Notes: generated by a model from the sequence alone, not told the origin. A stretch of DNA of 64,000 nt from Octopus vulgaris (GCA_951406725.2 OX597832.1:49538001-49602000); one strand, 5' to 3'; counted from the stretch's first letter, positions 1 through 14,081 are shown. Made by a program: numbers and translations.

Positions 1-276
1 ACCTCTCACAAGGATTTCGTCGGCCCACAATGGAAATGAACCCGGAACCATGTGGTTGGAAAGCTTATCGGCATTTCGTCCGTTTTTAAGTTCTGAATTC
101 AAATTCCGCTGAAGTTGACTTTATTTATCATCCTTCGGGTTCGATAAAATAAGTAGCATTCAGTACAGGGACCCAGGAATTGGGTTTAGCTCCACTCACC
201 AAAATTTCAGGCATTGTGTCTGCAATAGAAAGCATTAGAGAGGATTACAGATAGAAGACTAAGAAGGATAGCTTCG

Positions 277-720
277 ATGATGATGATGATGGTGGTGGTG
301 GTGGTGGTGGTGGTGGTGGGTGGTGGTGGTGGTGGTGGTGGTAAGGTAGGTGGTAGTTGTGGTGGTGGCAATAATGTTGGTGGTGCTGGTGATGATGATG
401 ATGATGGGGGTAGTGGTGGTGGTCGTAGTGGTGGCGGTTGTGGTGACGATGGTGGTAGCGATAATAATGGGGGGATGATGGTGTGGTGGTGGTGGTGGTG
501 GTGGTGGTGGTAATGGTGGTGAGGATGATGGTAGTGATAATGATGATGAGGATGAGGGGATTATAATGTGATAGTGGTGGTGCTAGTGATGGTGATTATG
601 ATGTTGATGATGATGATGAGGAGGAGGAGGAGGAGGCAGAGGAGTTGGAGGTAGAGGAGAAGAAGGTAGAGGAGGAGGTTGAAGAGGGGGATGACTGGAA
701 TGTAGAAAGAGGTGGGGTTG
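277..720. repeat. Compound (GAT)n/(GGT)n/(GAG)n trinucleotide low-complexity tract
   Basis: Directly visible simple repeats. Similar tracts lie at 1000-1315, 5690-6200, 6497-6860, 14083-14280 and 42130-42900. Confidence 0.95.
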
Positions 721-1529
721 AAGCCTCAGGAACTGGTCGTGGCGGTTAAATGTAACCCATGCTCCCACAAAACTATTTAAGAAAGTTTCCCGCCAGCGAA
801 CAGACTCCAATTATCATAAGGGCCCAAGTCCTTTATTCAAGTCATTAAGTTTTATACGCTCCAATATCGTTATGGCAGATGTCGAAGTGACATTGATTAG
901 CAATGTTAATGAACACTTTTGCTAAACACTCGAACAATTTCATTATTAGATTCGTGTTCGTAATTAACACGGTTTTCTGCTATTATATAACACCATTTTG
1001 TCGTAGCCGGTGGTGGTGGTGGTGGTGGTGGTGGTAGTAGTAGTAGTAGTAGCAGCAGTGGTGGTGGTGGTGGAGCGGCGGTGGCGGTGATGGTGGTCCT
1101 AATTGCAGTGGTGGTGGTGGTGGTGGTGGTGGGTGGTGGTGGTGGTGGTGGTGGTGATGGTGGTGGTGGTGGTAGCAGTAGTGGTGGTGGTGGAGAGGTG
1201 GTGGTGGAGAGGCGGTGGCGGTAGTGGTCATGATATATGACACCATTTTATTGTTACTAATATTGGCCGCAGTGGTGGCAGTGGTCTTAATTGCAGTGGT
1301 GGTGGTGGTGGTGGGTTTTTTTTCTAAACGGAAATAAAATACCAGACTAAACAATAAATGGTTTATAGTTTCATTTAATAATAAGAGTACTTAGACATAG
1401 CCATCAACAGTTAAGTAAGGAATTAATAGATTTAGTGCAGTTAGCCAAAAGAAGAAAAAAATCTTTACCTAACTACAATTACGTCATCATCATCATCCCT
1501 GACTATTACTGTCGACCCTAATCTTAAGG

Positions 1530-1760
1530 CTCCTAGGACCGGTTGCCTGGTTTTCATGGCGAAAAATCTACCGAGATCACAATATTCTTGAACGGAACGC
1601 TAGTCTGTTGCAAGGATGCTCATTTGTGGCTGAGTGAACTAAAACAACGTGAAATGAAGTGGTTTTACTCAAGAACACAATGCCACCTCCCGGTCCGGTA
1701 ACCGAAACAACAATCTTGCGATCGGAAGTGCAATGCCCCAATCACAAAACCATATGCTTT
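1530..1760 (-). mobile_element. Degenerate SINE family C copy
   Basis: Reverse complement matches the family C copy at 29984-30229 (caacgtgaaatgaagtggttttactcaagaacacaa...gaaacaacaatcttgcgatc). Confidence 0.75.
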
Positions 1761-3184
1761 CATAATTACAACCGCAATGAAAATTCAACAGCCATTAGAG
1801 CTGGTATAGGCAAGGAAGATAATTCCAACATCCAAATAGATTTAAACATTCAATGAAAGTATGTAGTGAGGAATGAGTCTGATCAATTTGAATTTCGGAG
1901 TTATCACCCTTGCTTTTGGGGGGAAGAAGTAGCATTAACGTTAAGAATTTTTCATCTTTCGTTATGTAAATTTAATTGTATAAAATTTATAGGATTGCTC
2001 ACGCTAATAAAGGGAACATTTTTGTAGCCATTAAAACTCAATATTTTTAACGGATCACTATTTTAAAATATGTAATCCCTCATTTAACCGTGTTCTTTAT
2101 GCAGAAGGCATTTCTGAGAATTTGTCTCATGTCAATATATTATCAATGCCAAGTGATTGGAAACACATTTAAAATTTATCTGTAGCGTCTCGATTCTTTT
2201 GTTTTATGTTAGATTTCTTTTGTTTGTAACATTACCACGAAATGCCTTGTGGCAGATGGTTTGTGTGGATTTAATCATCTTTGATTCTTAATTGATATTA
2301 ATTTGATTGACTCTTGAATGATTAAAGATAAAGTCAGTTCTGGTGGAAATGGATTTCCCAACATTCTACTGCGATCTTGGCACTTACCCCTCATACACAA
2401 GTATATCAATGATTTCTGTTTTTGGAACGCACACACATTTTGGAGGAAAATATCTTAATTCAGTCGACCCAAAACAGACCGATAGAAAGAATAAGTCCCG
2501 GGGTCGAGTTGCTCGATTAAAGGCGGTGCTCCAGCATGGCCACAGTCAAATGACTGAAACAAATGAATAAACCGAACTATAGCGCATTCACTCACAAGAG
2601 AGTATGATCTGGTACCACGTATCATATGCACATATATGCTTGCATACACTCACATACATACGTGTGTGTAAGTATTTGTGTGTGTACTAAAGACTCACAC
2701 AGATTTTCCCCATCTGGCTTATTTCAAATCGTCTAAATAAATTATTTAATTACTACTAAGAGTGTTCTATTACTCGTTAGAAATAAATAAGCGCTACGAT
2801 TACTATCTCTGATGATAAATATCAAAATGGACCCCAGCGAGATCTGAAATCTGAACGTAGAAGTACACAGCTAAATATCTGCAAGGTCACAATCAAAATA
2901 TTGCTATTTCAATTAAATAGGTTGTGATGTTGTTGATGCTATCGTTAAGCTACTTCAATTAGACACCCTAATTAGATATCCTAATTAATCATACGGATAT
3001 CTAAATTTAGATGAACTATTTAGTCGTTAGGAAGGTTCCTTTCTTCATTCATTAAATGTAGAAAAGTATTTAGGGCAAACCAGCACGACCGAACACGATG
3101 CATTTCGTGTTTTGTTTGTTTGTGAACCTCAGGTAACACAGCAAGCTAAAGAGGGAGAGCCGTTGCTTTTAAATGCCAGTATAA

Positions 3185-3264
<80 letters not shown>

Positions 3265-3399
3265 TTAAATGCTCGAAATGAGGAATAGACAGCCGACAAC
3301 TGATGAAGGATCCTTTCTTTGTGTTTACTTGTCCTGTTCTCCATTTTTTCTTGCTTTACGTATTTCATTTTGTTTGAACCGTTGGTGAGGTCCTGTACC

Positions 3400-3450
<51 letters not shown>

Positions 3451-3452
<2 letters not shown>

Positions 3453-3630
3453 CGCAGGGGTGGCTGTGTGGTAGGTAGCTTGCCTACCAATCACATGGTT
3501 CCGGGTTCAGTCCCACTGCGTGGCACCTGGCACCTTGGGCAAGTGTCTTCTACTATAACCTCAGGCCAACCAAAGCCATGTGAGTGGATTTGGTAGACGG
3601 AAACTGAAAGAAGTCCGTCGTATATAAATA

Positions 3631-3700
<70 letters not shown>

Positions 3701-3930
3701 GGTGGGTGTATATGTTTGTGTGTGTGTGTGTCCCCAACATCGCTTGACAACCGATGCTGGTATGTTTACGTCCCCGTAACTTAGTGGTTCGGCAAGAGAG
3801 TAAAGAGTATACACCATATATTTTTTATTATTTATTATATATATATATATTATTTACTATTTATTATATATATATATATTATTTATGGCGGTGCTCCAGC
3901 ATGGCCACAGCTCATGAGCTGAAACTAGAA
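3451..3930 (+). mobile_element. tRNA-headed SINE family A (internal TA/CA microsatellite; internally rearranged copy)
   Basis: Head GGCGCAGGGGTGGCTGTGTGGTAG...GGTTCAGTCCC with pol III A/B-box-like motifs, then CTTGGGCAAGTGTCTTC, an internal (TA)n tract and tail GGCGGTGCTCCAGCATGGCC. About 20 related copies or fragments occur in the window. Confidence 0.85.
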
Positions 3931-3936
3931 TCAATC

Positions 3937-3994
<58 letters not shown>

Positions 3995-4056
3995 GTATAT
4001 GTATATACGAAACTAGGTGTGCGAACACACTCAAGTGTTTATGCGCATACATACAT

Positions 4057-4136
<80 letters not shown>

Positions 4137-4547
4137 CAGACAGATAGATAGTCATATCCTGTCAGTATATCACAAGTAGATATGAACGGTACAGTATAGA
4201 TTTGTTCATTCCCTTGAGTGAAATCAGATAACTGTAACAAACCGCTTCTCCATCTACTGAGAGGAAAACACGCTTGTGTTTGAAATATGGTTGCCTTTAT
4301 TCTTATAGAAATATTCCCCCTTTTTTTATCGAATTTTCTTTCAATTGGCTGACGGTTTCTATAATAAACGAATTACAATAAAGATTTTAAGACTTAAGAA
4401 TGGCGCCTGGGCGATTTTGATTCGTATTTGATATCTCATGTTGAACATACAAGAATGTAGTCTACTTGAATTACAGGTGGTATTGTACATATACATACAT
4501 ATATACATACACAGACGCATACCATATATACATACATACATACATAC

Positions 4548-4618
<71 letters not shown>

Positions 4619-4913
4619 AAGAGAGAGATTATATATACATATATTATATATATGTGTGTGGAGGTATATATACACGCATGCACACACACACACATACATA
4701 AGTATATGTATATGCATGTATGCACAAATATGTATATAGGTAAGTATATATTTATAAGTGTGTGTGTATGTGAATATACATAGAAATACACGAATATATA
4801 TATTATATATGCGTATATATATATATATGTGTGTGTGTGTGTATACGTATATTTGTATTATGTGCGTGTATATATATGCATATGTGTATGTGTGTGTGCT
4901 TGAAGATAAGTAA

Positions 4914-4977
<64 letters not shown>

Positions 4978-5100
4978 AGGGATGGATATAGGGAGAGATA
5001 GGGAGAAGTAGGGGAGATAGAGAGGAGGAGGAGAAAGAGAGGGATTAAAATATATACGGGTGTATATGTATATGTGTATGTTTATAAATGTATACGTACG

Positions 5101-5158
<58 letters not shown>

Positions 5159-5186
5159 AATATACAAATTCATGTACATCTATATA

Positions 5187-5219
<33 letters not shown>

Positions 5220-5266
5220 ATGTATGTGTGTCTGGGTATACGTGTGAGAATGAGTATTTTCCTGTT

Positions 5267-5303
<37 letters not shown>

Positions 5304-5376
5304 CGTGTATATATATATGTGTGTATGTGTGTGTGAGAGAAAGAGTGAGAGTTTTGCGTAATATACCTAATTAGAA

Positions 5377-5430
<54 letters not shown>

Positions 5431-5908
5431 ACTTCAAAAGTTAACCCTCTGCGTACATTCCTTGATCAATGATACTCATCTCTGTCAAAGACAGAGAAAG
5501 AGATTTTCCCTCCAAAATCGATGCCTCTGGCTGCTTCAGCTCAAGAATGTCACAGCCACAAGTAATCAGACTCAAGAAAACATCTATATCGGTTTCCATT
5601 CCAAAGACATCAGGAACTCTGCCAAACAATAATGACAGATCATGATCGATGGTTTGCAAGGAGCTTCTCTTCAAGGAATTCTGATATAGAAGTGGTAGTG
5701 GTGATAGTGGTGGTGGTGGTGGTGGTGGTGGTGGTGCTAATAATGATGATGATCATCATCATCGTCATCATCGTCATCATCATCATAGTGATCATGATCA
5801 TAATGGTAATATCAATGGTGATGGTGATGATTATAATGATGATGAAGAGGAGGAGGAGGAGGAAAAGGAAGAGGATGACAACTAGCACCGCCATGATGAG
5901 GATAATGG

Positions 5909-5954
<46 letters not shown>

Positions 5955-7329
5955 GGTGGTGGTGGTGATGATGATGATGATGATGAGGAGGAGGAGGAGG
6001 AGGAGGAGGAGGATGATGGTGATTGTGATGATGATGATGATGATGATGAATATAACAGCAACAGCAACAACAACAACGATAATTATAGTATTATTAATAT
6101 TGATGAAGATGATGATGATGATGATGATGACGACGACGACGACGGCGGCGGCGGCGGCGGCGGCGATGATGATCACAGCGGCAATGACGATAATAATCAT
6201 GAAAATCTTTAACATGCGTCCATGGCCGCAGCTTTTGTTCTTTCCGTGGGTTTTTCTCTCATTTTTTCCCCATTTTTTTTCTCCGTTTATGATAGTGGAC
6301 CTCTATAGTATGCCACATCAATCCCAATACTTGACTAGCTGCTTATCTTTTCATAGAACCCTGCCAACCCCACCAACCCAAAAAAAAGCCTCAGAAGGAA
6401 GAAAAACAAAGAGGACCTCAATTGGGTTTGAACTCAGAACATGAAAGCATCGAAACTAAATATCGGAAAAGGTTTTCTGCTCGCCTTTAACTTAAATGGT
6501 GGTGGCGGCGGCGGCGGTGGTGACGGCGGCCATGGCGGTGACGGCGGCCATGGCGGTGACGGCGGCCATGGCGGTGGTGGAGGTGGAGGAGGTGGAGGAT
6601 GTAGTGGTGGTGATAGAGACGGTGGAGGTGGTGATGGTGGTAACGGCAGTGACGACGACGGTATTGATAATGTTGGTGGTAGTGTCGGTGGTGGTGGTGG
6701 TTGGTAACTGTGATGCTGGTCGTGGTAGTGGTGATTATGATGGCGGTGGTTGTAATGGTTGTTCTGTTGGTGGTGACAGCCACCGTGGCAGTAGCGGTGG
6801 CGATGGCGAAGGCTATGGCGAAGGCTATGGCGAAGGCTATGGCGATGGCTATAGAAGCAGTTAAGATGGTGACGCTTGCAGGTGCAATGTTGTGTTTGCT
6901 TCTGATGGTTTTAGTGAGGATTCATTTTCATCTTATCAATTATAACCCGAGGGAGTTTTAGTATCGACCCTCCGTTTGTCTTACGTGGATCTCGGTGGCC
7001 TTCGAACAGAAACGTAGAGCACCGCTTGACGATAGTGATGCTAATCGCAGGTTGGTGGTGGTGGTGGTGGTGGTGGTGGTGGTGGTGGTAGTGCTGGTGC
7101 TGGTGCTGGTGGTGGATTTCCATCATTCATCGAAGACAATTCACATATTTGATCGACATATATATATATATACACACACACACAAATATGAGAGAAAATC
7201 CACTATGTGGACGCTCTAACGCTAAAGATAGATCCGCAAGGGTCTGAACCACTAAGAATTGTTCTCGAGAAGAACTTATGAACGTAAGCGAGCAGGACAA
7301 ATGAAAAATAAAAAAAATATAGATTAACC

Positions 7330-7394
<65 letters not shown>

Positions 7395-7461
7395 CATACA
7401 TATATGCATATATACATACATACATACATACATACATACATGCATACATACATACATACAT

Positions 7462-7496
<35 letters not shown>

Positions 7497-7569
7497 TACA
7501 ATATATCTTAGCTGTTTTCTCGTATACAAACCCATTGCTAGAAAGAATCGCTGAAATGAGTCAATGTTG

Positions 7570-8310
7570 ATCCAATGTGAGGCCCTTGCATGACTCTTGA
7601 GCCCGGCGAAAGATTCGCATATTCTGGCTGACAGTAGAAACAGGTGCCGCAGTATGAACTCTTTTGATATGCCTTTTCAATCCACCAACTGAGAGGCACA
7701 CCTATCTACATGTTGCACATGTTCCGTTGTGAACAATAGCCATAACACAATTTACAATGGGTCGAATCATGGGTGAGTTCTCTGATGGCTGACCAGGCCC
7801 GCACAACTCAAGCACCTCCTCCTATAAATCATAAATACAAAAAACAACACGCCTTCATTTTCCACAGGTTCTTTTCCTCCAAGTCTTCTCTTAATCTTTT
7901 CGTGCTTCGTTTTCTCTCTTCCAAACCTCGAACAATCATTGTGCACTCTCTTCTTCCATCCATCACGGCCTTGTGCCTCCCTCTTTCAATCACCAAACTG
8001 AAGATCCTGTCTGTGTCAGAACAATTCTGAGGCAGTCCTCGAACCTCATTTTGGGTTTATCTGCTGGTCTTCTACCATCTGCCAGCTCGCCATACAGAAG
8101 TCTATCATCATTCCTTCTTACCAGATGCCCACCCCACCTCAAACGACTTTGCTGAATCATTGAGTCTACACTCCTATTACCACTTCTCTCAAGTACCCCC
8201 ACATCACTGATGTCAATTTTTCCAATTTATCCCAAGAATTTTCCTAAGGCAATAATGATGATATCGTTCCAAATGCCTTAAATGCCTACATGCCATGTTT
8301 TCTGTTCCCA
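7570..8310 (-). mobile_element. Decayed 3' fragment of an RTE-clade LINE (post-RT C-terminal region plus C2H2-like fingers)
   Basis: ORF 7990-8202 gives LRWGGHLVRRNDDRLLYGELADGRRPADKPKMRFEDCL, typical of the RTE ORF C-terminus. Downstream on the minus strand is CATC-x-VCLSVGGLKRHIKRVH followed by AGLKSH. Stops and frameshifts are present. Confidence 0.8.
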
Positions 8311-9097
8311 ACTTCCGACCAGTTATTATTTTTTTTTTTGTCCTTTAGACGACGCACGTGCTCTTCTCCACACTATCTGTCCCTTCCTGTTTTTCCTCTT
8401 TTCTGGATTTTTTCTCTACCCAACGAAGAATCATGCCCGAAACGTCATCTCTAACACAATTTTTCCATGTTTGTCAGTTTAATATAGTCAGTGTACGTCC
8501 AATTGACTTCTGTTGCTTTTTTTTCTAATTGTTTGTCCTGAATTTGCCTCAGTGTGTGTGGGGGGGGGGTCGTTATCGGTTGTCCTTCGTTGGTCGAGGA
8601 TGACGATTTTGTTCTGGACGATAAGTAGGGAAGTTGGTGCCTTCTCCTCACAAGAGTGCCTCTGTGGGCCTTCGCCCCTGGTACCAACTGGTGTACAAGA
8701 GTTTACAAGAGTGTACATGAGCATGTTTGACGATGGGGCTACCCCCTCGCTAGCAGCTCCAAGTTTTGGCTATTTCTAGCATGGTGGTATCTCTTAGATA
8801 CCCTTAATTATAATTTTAATAATAATTATTACCTTTGAGGTTTTTATCCCATGTTGGCCACCTGATAAGATCAAGGTTTTAAATAACGATCTTATCCTTA
8901 TTTATATAAATTTATATATTTTTTTATATGTGCGTGTACATATATATATATGTATATATGTATATATGTATATATATATATATATACATACATACATACA
9001 TACATACAAACATACATACATACATACATATACATACACACACCCACATATATATCATACACACACCCACATATATATCATACACACACACAAATGC

Positions 9098-9188
<91 letters not shown>

Positions 9189-9853
9189 GACAAAAGACTC
9201 CAATATATGCTCTTTTAAAAAACACAAGAGAATATAATTTTCATTTTTAAAACGCACTCGTGAAACATTTTTAGATACCCGTTCACTCCTACGTACAAAT
9301 ACACATCTATACACATATGTCCATAGAGACACATAGACTCCCGTACTTACATAAATACATGTGTGTGGTTAGCAAGCTGAGTGTGTATAAATTTAAATCG
9401 ATTTGATGTCCTTAACCAAGCAAAATCAGAAATATTATTCAGCTTACTTTTCTCAAACGAACAATTAATAAATTGGAAGCGAAAATAATGTCGCTGACTG
9501 GAAATTTGCTAACAACGTGACGCCATTGCAATTAAGTCGTATGAGAAGAATAAAACCAAAAATACAAATGGAATATACCTCGGCTCTTTCTGTCTTATTT
9601 ATGGGAATCGGTTAATAACCGGCGACTGAAAGATCGTTGACTGAAGAAGTTGAAAATTTGTGGAAGATTTCTTTCAAATGTAATGGATAAATTTTTCTTT
9701 AACACGTAGTTGCAAAATGTTTATTACTTAATTTCTGGCTTCAGAGAAGAGGCCGCGCTATTTATTGTGTACGTGTGTATGTTTGTTTGTTTTATCCATT
9801 GTCTTCTACTTGTTTCAGTCATTGGACTGCGGCCATGCTGGTACAGATATATA

Positions 9854-9906
<53 letters not shown>

Positions 9907-9908
<2 letters not shown>

Positions 9909-10518
9909 CAATGATAAATCTCAGAGCGAGTTATTAACAGTAGCAGCAACACATCGTGACGTATATTTGCCATTTGAATATGGCTAACCCCTAAGGGTGG
10001 ATGCTACTGTAGTTTGTAGCCCCAGGAGGACACCTCCTCCAGCTGGCTATAGACACACTTTCTGTGCCCTATCAGTATTTGCGAAGGGAAGCCATCCTTC
10101 CCGTCTTCAACTCATGATACACACGGACTCGAGTTTCAGGGAATTGACCCGTCATCGGCGTGTGACAATCATAGTTGTCGATGAGAAGTCGGTTCCCTTC
10201 ACAAATACATATACTTTTTCCAGTATTGATTGACACTGATATTGAAAAAGTGAAATCAAACAATGATAAATCTCAGAGCGAGTTATAAATAGTAGCAGCA
10301 ACGCATCGTGACGTATATTTGCCATTTGAATATGGCTAACCCCTAAGGGTGGATGCTACTGTAGTTTGTAGCCCCATGAGGTCACCTCCTCCAGCTGGCT
10401 ATAGACACACTTTCTGTGCCCTATCAGTATTTGCGAAGGGAAGCCATCCTTCCCTTAGCATCCCCCCTTAGGGGTTAGCTATATTCAAATGGCAAATATA
10501 CGTCACGATGTGTTGCTG
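9907..10518 (-). mobile_element. Hammerhead-bearing element: 352-bp unit x about 1.55 in tandem plus a 63-bp inverted segment (PLE pLTR/retrozyme-like)
   Basis: caatgataaatctcagagcgag occurs at 9909 and 10261. Segment 10456-10518 is the reverse complement of part of the unit start. The left end abuts (TA)n. Confidence 0.85.
10120..10164 (-). ncRNA. Type I minimal hammerhead ribozyme (variant core CCGAUGA)
   Basis: Minus strand reads cacacg-CCGATGA-c-ggg-tcaatt-ccc-t-GAAAC-TCGA-GTC-cgtgtg: 6-bp stem I, short stem II, palindromic stem III ACTCGAGT and a GUC cleavage triplet. Confidence 0.8.
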
Positions 10519-10556
10519 GGGGACAAAGACAGACACACAAACATATACACATACGT

Positions 10557-10597
<41 letters not shown>

Positions 10598-10840
10598 CAT
10601 ATATATATATATACATATATACGACGGGCTTCTTTCAGTTCCCGTCTACCAAACCCACTCACAAGGCTTTGATCTGCCCGAGGCTATAGTAGAAGACACT
10701 TACCCAAGGTGTCCGATAGAATAAGTACTAGGCTTACGAAGAATAAGTCCTGGGGTCAATTTGCTCGACTAAAAGCGGTGCTCCAGCATGGCCGCAGTCA
10801 AAATGACTGAAACAAGTAGAAGAGTAAAAGAGAGAGTAAA
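10519..10840. mobile_element. SINE family A pieces in opposite orientations (minus 10519-10711, plus tail 10713-10840)
   Basis: Both pieces match the family A body and tail, and the orientation switches at about 10712. Confidence 0.8.
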
Positions 10841-11335
10841 TAGAGTATCGTCCAAATTGTAAAGATCAACGTTCTCTAGTGTTGGAATATATTTCTTTTA
10901 GCCATACAAGAAAAAAAAAATTTGATGTGAAATTAGATTTGCTTTCCTCTTCACAATTTCTTTGTTTGTTTACTCTCTATGTCCATCTTCGCTATTTTTT
11001 ATTTGTTTCTTTTTTTTCTATTTTTTATTTTTTTTATTTTTTTGAGGGGCGTTTCCATGACAGGAAGCCATTTTGAGGTCGATATAAACAAAAACAGGAA
11101 ATATAACTTTGTCCAAAATTTACAGACCTTATGTCTCCTTCCGTATGAGCTAGACGTCCAATACGTTTCTGGAGGTTTCTCGTTGAAAATTATCCAAAAA
11201 AAAAAAATGTGGGTTTTTTTTTTTTTTCTTTCGGTTATGTTTGGTAAAAATCCAAAAATTATTGGAAAGAAGTGAAAATATGTCGGCCCATTTAAACAAC
11301 AACAACAACAATTTTATTTATGATAATGATTATAC

Positions 11336-11667
11336 GAAGAAGAAGAAAAAGAAGAAGAAGAAGAAGGAGGAGGAGGAGGAGGAGGAGGAGGAGGAGAAGA
11401 AGAAGAAGAAGAAGAAGAAGAAGAAGAAGAAGAAGAAGAAGAAGAAGAAGAAGAAGAAGAAGAAGAAGAAGAAGAAGAAGAAGAAGAAGAAGAAGAAGAA
11501 GAAGAAGAAGAAGAAGAAGAAGAAGAAGAAGAAGAAGAAGAAGAAGAAGAAGAAGAAAGAGGAGAAGAAGAAGAAGAAGAAGAAGAAGAAGAAGAAGAAG
11601 AAGAAGAAGAAGAAGAAGAAGAAGAAGAAGAAGAAGAAGAAGAAGAAGAAGAAGAAGAAGAAGAAGA
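11336..11667. repeat. (AAG)n microsatellite, about 330 bp
   Basis: Directly visible. Another (AAG)n tract lies at 39067-39180. Confidence 0.97.
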
Positions 11668-11879
11668 ATGAGTTGAAATTCTGGCACAAGGCCAGCAATT
11701 TTTAAAGCAGGGATTAAGTCAGTTACATCCACCCCAGTGTTTAACTCGTACTTTATCGACACCGAAAGATGAAAAATGAAAAGTAAAGTCGGAATTTGGA
11801 CTCAGAACGTAAAGAGCCGGAAGAAATGCTGCTAAGCATTTTGTCCGACTCGCTAACGATTCTACCAGCAACCAGTTGC

Positions 11880-12155
11880 GAAGAAGGAAACTGAAAGAAG
11901 CCTGTAGTATATATGTATATATATATATGTGTGTGTGTATGAGTGTGTGTTTGTGCGTCTGTGTTTCTCTCCCCAACATTGCTTGACAACCTATGCTGGT
12001 GTGTTTATGTCCCCGTAACTTAGCGGTTTGGCAAAAAAGACCGATAAAATAAGTACTAGGCTTATAAAGAATAACTCCTGGGTCGATTTGTTCGACTAAA
12101 GGCGGTGCTCCAGCATGGCCGCAGTCAAATGACTGAAACAAGTAAAAGTGTAAAA
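11880..12155 (+). mobile_element. SINE family A 3' portion, adjoining a minus-strand family B copy (11680-11870)
   Basis: ggaaactgaaagaagcc...ctccagcatggccgcagtcaaatgactgaaacaagtaaaag. Confidence 0.8.
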
Positions 12156-12164
12156 GTGTGAGTG

Positions 12165-12274
12165 TATTATTATCATTATTATTATTATAATTATTATTAA
12201 TATTATTATTATTATTATTATCATTATTATTATTATTATTATAATTATTATTAATATTATTATTATTATTATTA

Positions 12275-12312
<38 letters not shown>

Positions 12313-12343
12313 ATTATTATTAATATTATTATTATTATTATTA

Positions 12344-12395
<52 letters not shown>

Positions 12396-12412
12396 CATTA
12401 TTATTATTATTA

Positions 12413-12446
<34 letters not shown>

Positions 12447-12481
12447 CATAATTATTATTAATATTATTATTATTATTATTA

Positions 12482-12545
<64 letters not shown>

Positions 12546-12613
12546 CATTATTATTATTATTATTATTATCATTATTATTATAATTATTATTAATATTATT
12601 ATTATTATTATTA

Positions 12614-12653
<40 letters not shown>

Positions 12654-12715
12654 CATTATTATTATTATTATCATTATTATTATAATTATTATTAATATTA
12701 TTATTATTATTATTA

Positions 12716-12764
<49 letters not shown>

Positions 12765-12778
12765 CATTATTATTATTA
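12165..12778. repeat. (ATT)n microsatellite with recurring ATC/ATA/AAT variant blocks
   Basis: Directly visible. A similar (AAT)n tract lies at 32838-33335. Confidence 0.97.
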
Positions 12779-13620
12779 AGGCGGCGGGCAGGCAGAATCG
12801 TTAGCAGCATTTCGTCCGTCTTTACATTCTGAGTTCAAATTCCGACGAGATCGATTTTGCCTTTCATTTTTTCGGAGTCGGTGAAATGAGTACCAGTTAC
12901 GGACTTGGGTCGATGTAATCAACTAGGCCCCTCCCCCGAAATTTCAGCCCTTGTGTCTTTAGTAGAAAGAATTAGCTGGCAGAATCGTTAGTACACCGGG
13001 CAAAATGCTTACCGGCATTTTGCCTGTCTGCACGTTCTGGGTTCAAATTCCGCTGAGGTCGTCATTGCCTTTAATCCTTTCGGAGGGTCGATAAATTAAG
13101 TACCAGTTGAAAAGTGGGGTCGATGTAATCGACAAGCACCCTGCCCAAAAATTCCTGGCCTCGTGACAAAATTTGAAACCATAATTATTATTTCTAGCTC
13201 TGCTATTTTTATTGTTGTTAATATTCTTTGCTCAAGGCACACGGATCGAAATTTTTGAGGAGGGAGCCAGTCGATTACATCGACCCTAGTGCGTAACTGG
13301 TACTTATTTAATCTACCCTGAAAGGATGAAAGGCAAAGTTGACCTCGGAGGAATTTGAACTCAGAACGTAGCGGCAGACGAAATACCTATTTCTTTACTA
13401 TCCACAAGGGGTTAAACACAGAGAGGACAAAGAAGGACAGACAAACGGATTAAGTCGATTATATCGACCCCAGTGCGTAACTGGTACTTATTTAATCGAC
13501 CTCGAAAGGATGAAAAGTAAAGTCGACCTCGGCAGAATTTGAACTGAGAACGTAGTGGCAGACGAAATACGGCTAAGCATTTCGCCCGGCGTGCTAACGA
13601 TTCTGCCAGCTCGCCGCCTT
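12779..13620. mobile_element. Cluster of SINE family B copies (two plus-strand copies, one minus-strand dimer at 13235-13620)
   Basis: Head AAGGCGGCGAGCTGGCAGAATCGTTAGC, B-box-like GAGTTCAAATTCC and core GTCGACTTTGCCTTTCATCCTTTCGGGGTCGATAAATTAAGTACCAG, which from memory resembles the Meta/MESC SINE core. Confidence 0.85.
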
Positions 13621-13749
13621 AAAATGTTGCTAAGCGTGCTAACGTTTCTGCATGTTGGGGAACCGCCATATTGTTAATATTGTTATCACTATTTCTACAA
13701 TTATTTTCTGCCAAGCTGTTTTTATGTATATATAACACTTTGGGTATAT

Positions 13750-13813
<64 letters not shown>

Positions 13814-13867
13814 TGTGCGTGTATGCTTGTATGCATGCATGCATGTAACTATGTATGTATTTGTGTG

Positions 13868-13951
<84 letters not shown>

Positions 13952-14081
13952 ACGCATGTATGTATGTATGTAGGTATATTGTAAACAATGAGAAATAGAA
14001 ACCGAAATTAATTTGCAATTAAATACTTGATACCATGCATACATGCAGGAGTCGTCAGATATTGTTTGTTGTTGCTGTTGT

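Noticed and set aside
3265-3400. CGAAA...CTGATGA near 3273-3306 as a hammerhead
   Set aside because: No compatible stems and no downstream GAAA-N-UH arrangement.
5441-5685. Complex-sequence ORF on the minus strand (77 aa) as a host exon
   Set aside because: An AG acceptor is plausible, but I recognise no protein family and see no partner exons. It would need RNA-seq or BLAST.
8415-8450. ccaacgaag...cgaaacgtc as a PLE-type hammerhead
   Set aside because: The core is mutated (CCAACGA) and the stems do not pair; at most a relic.
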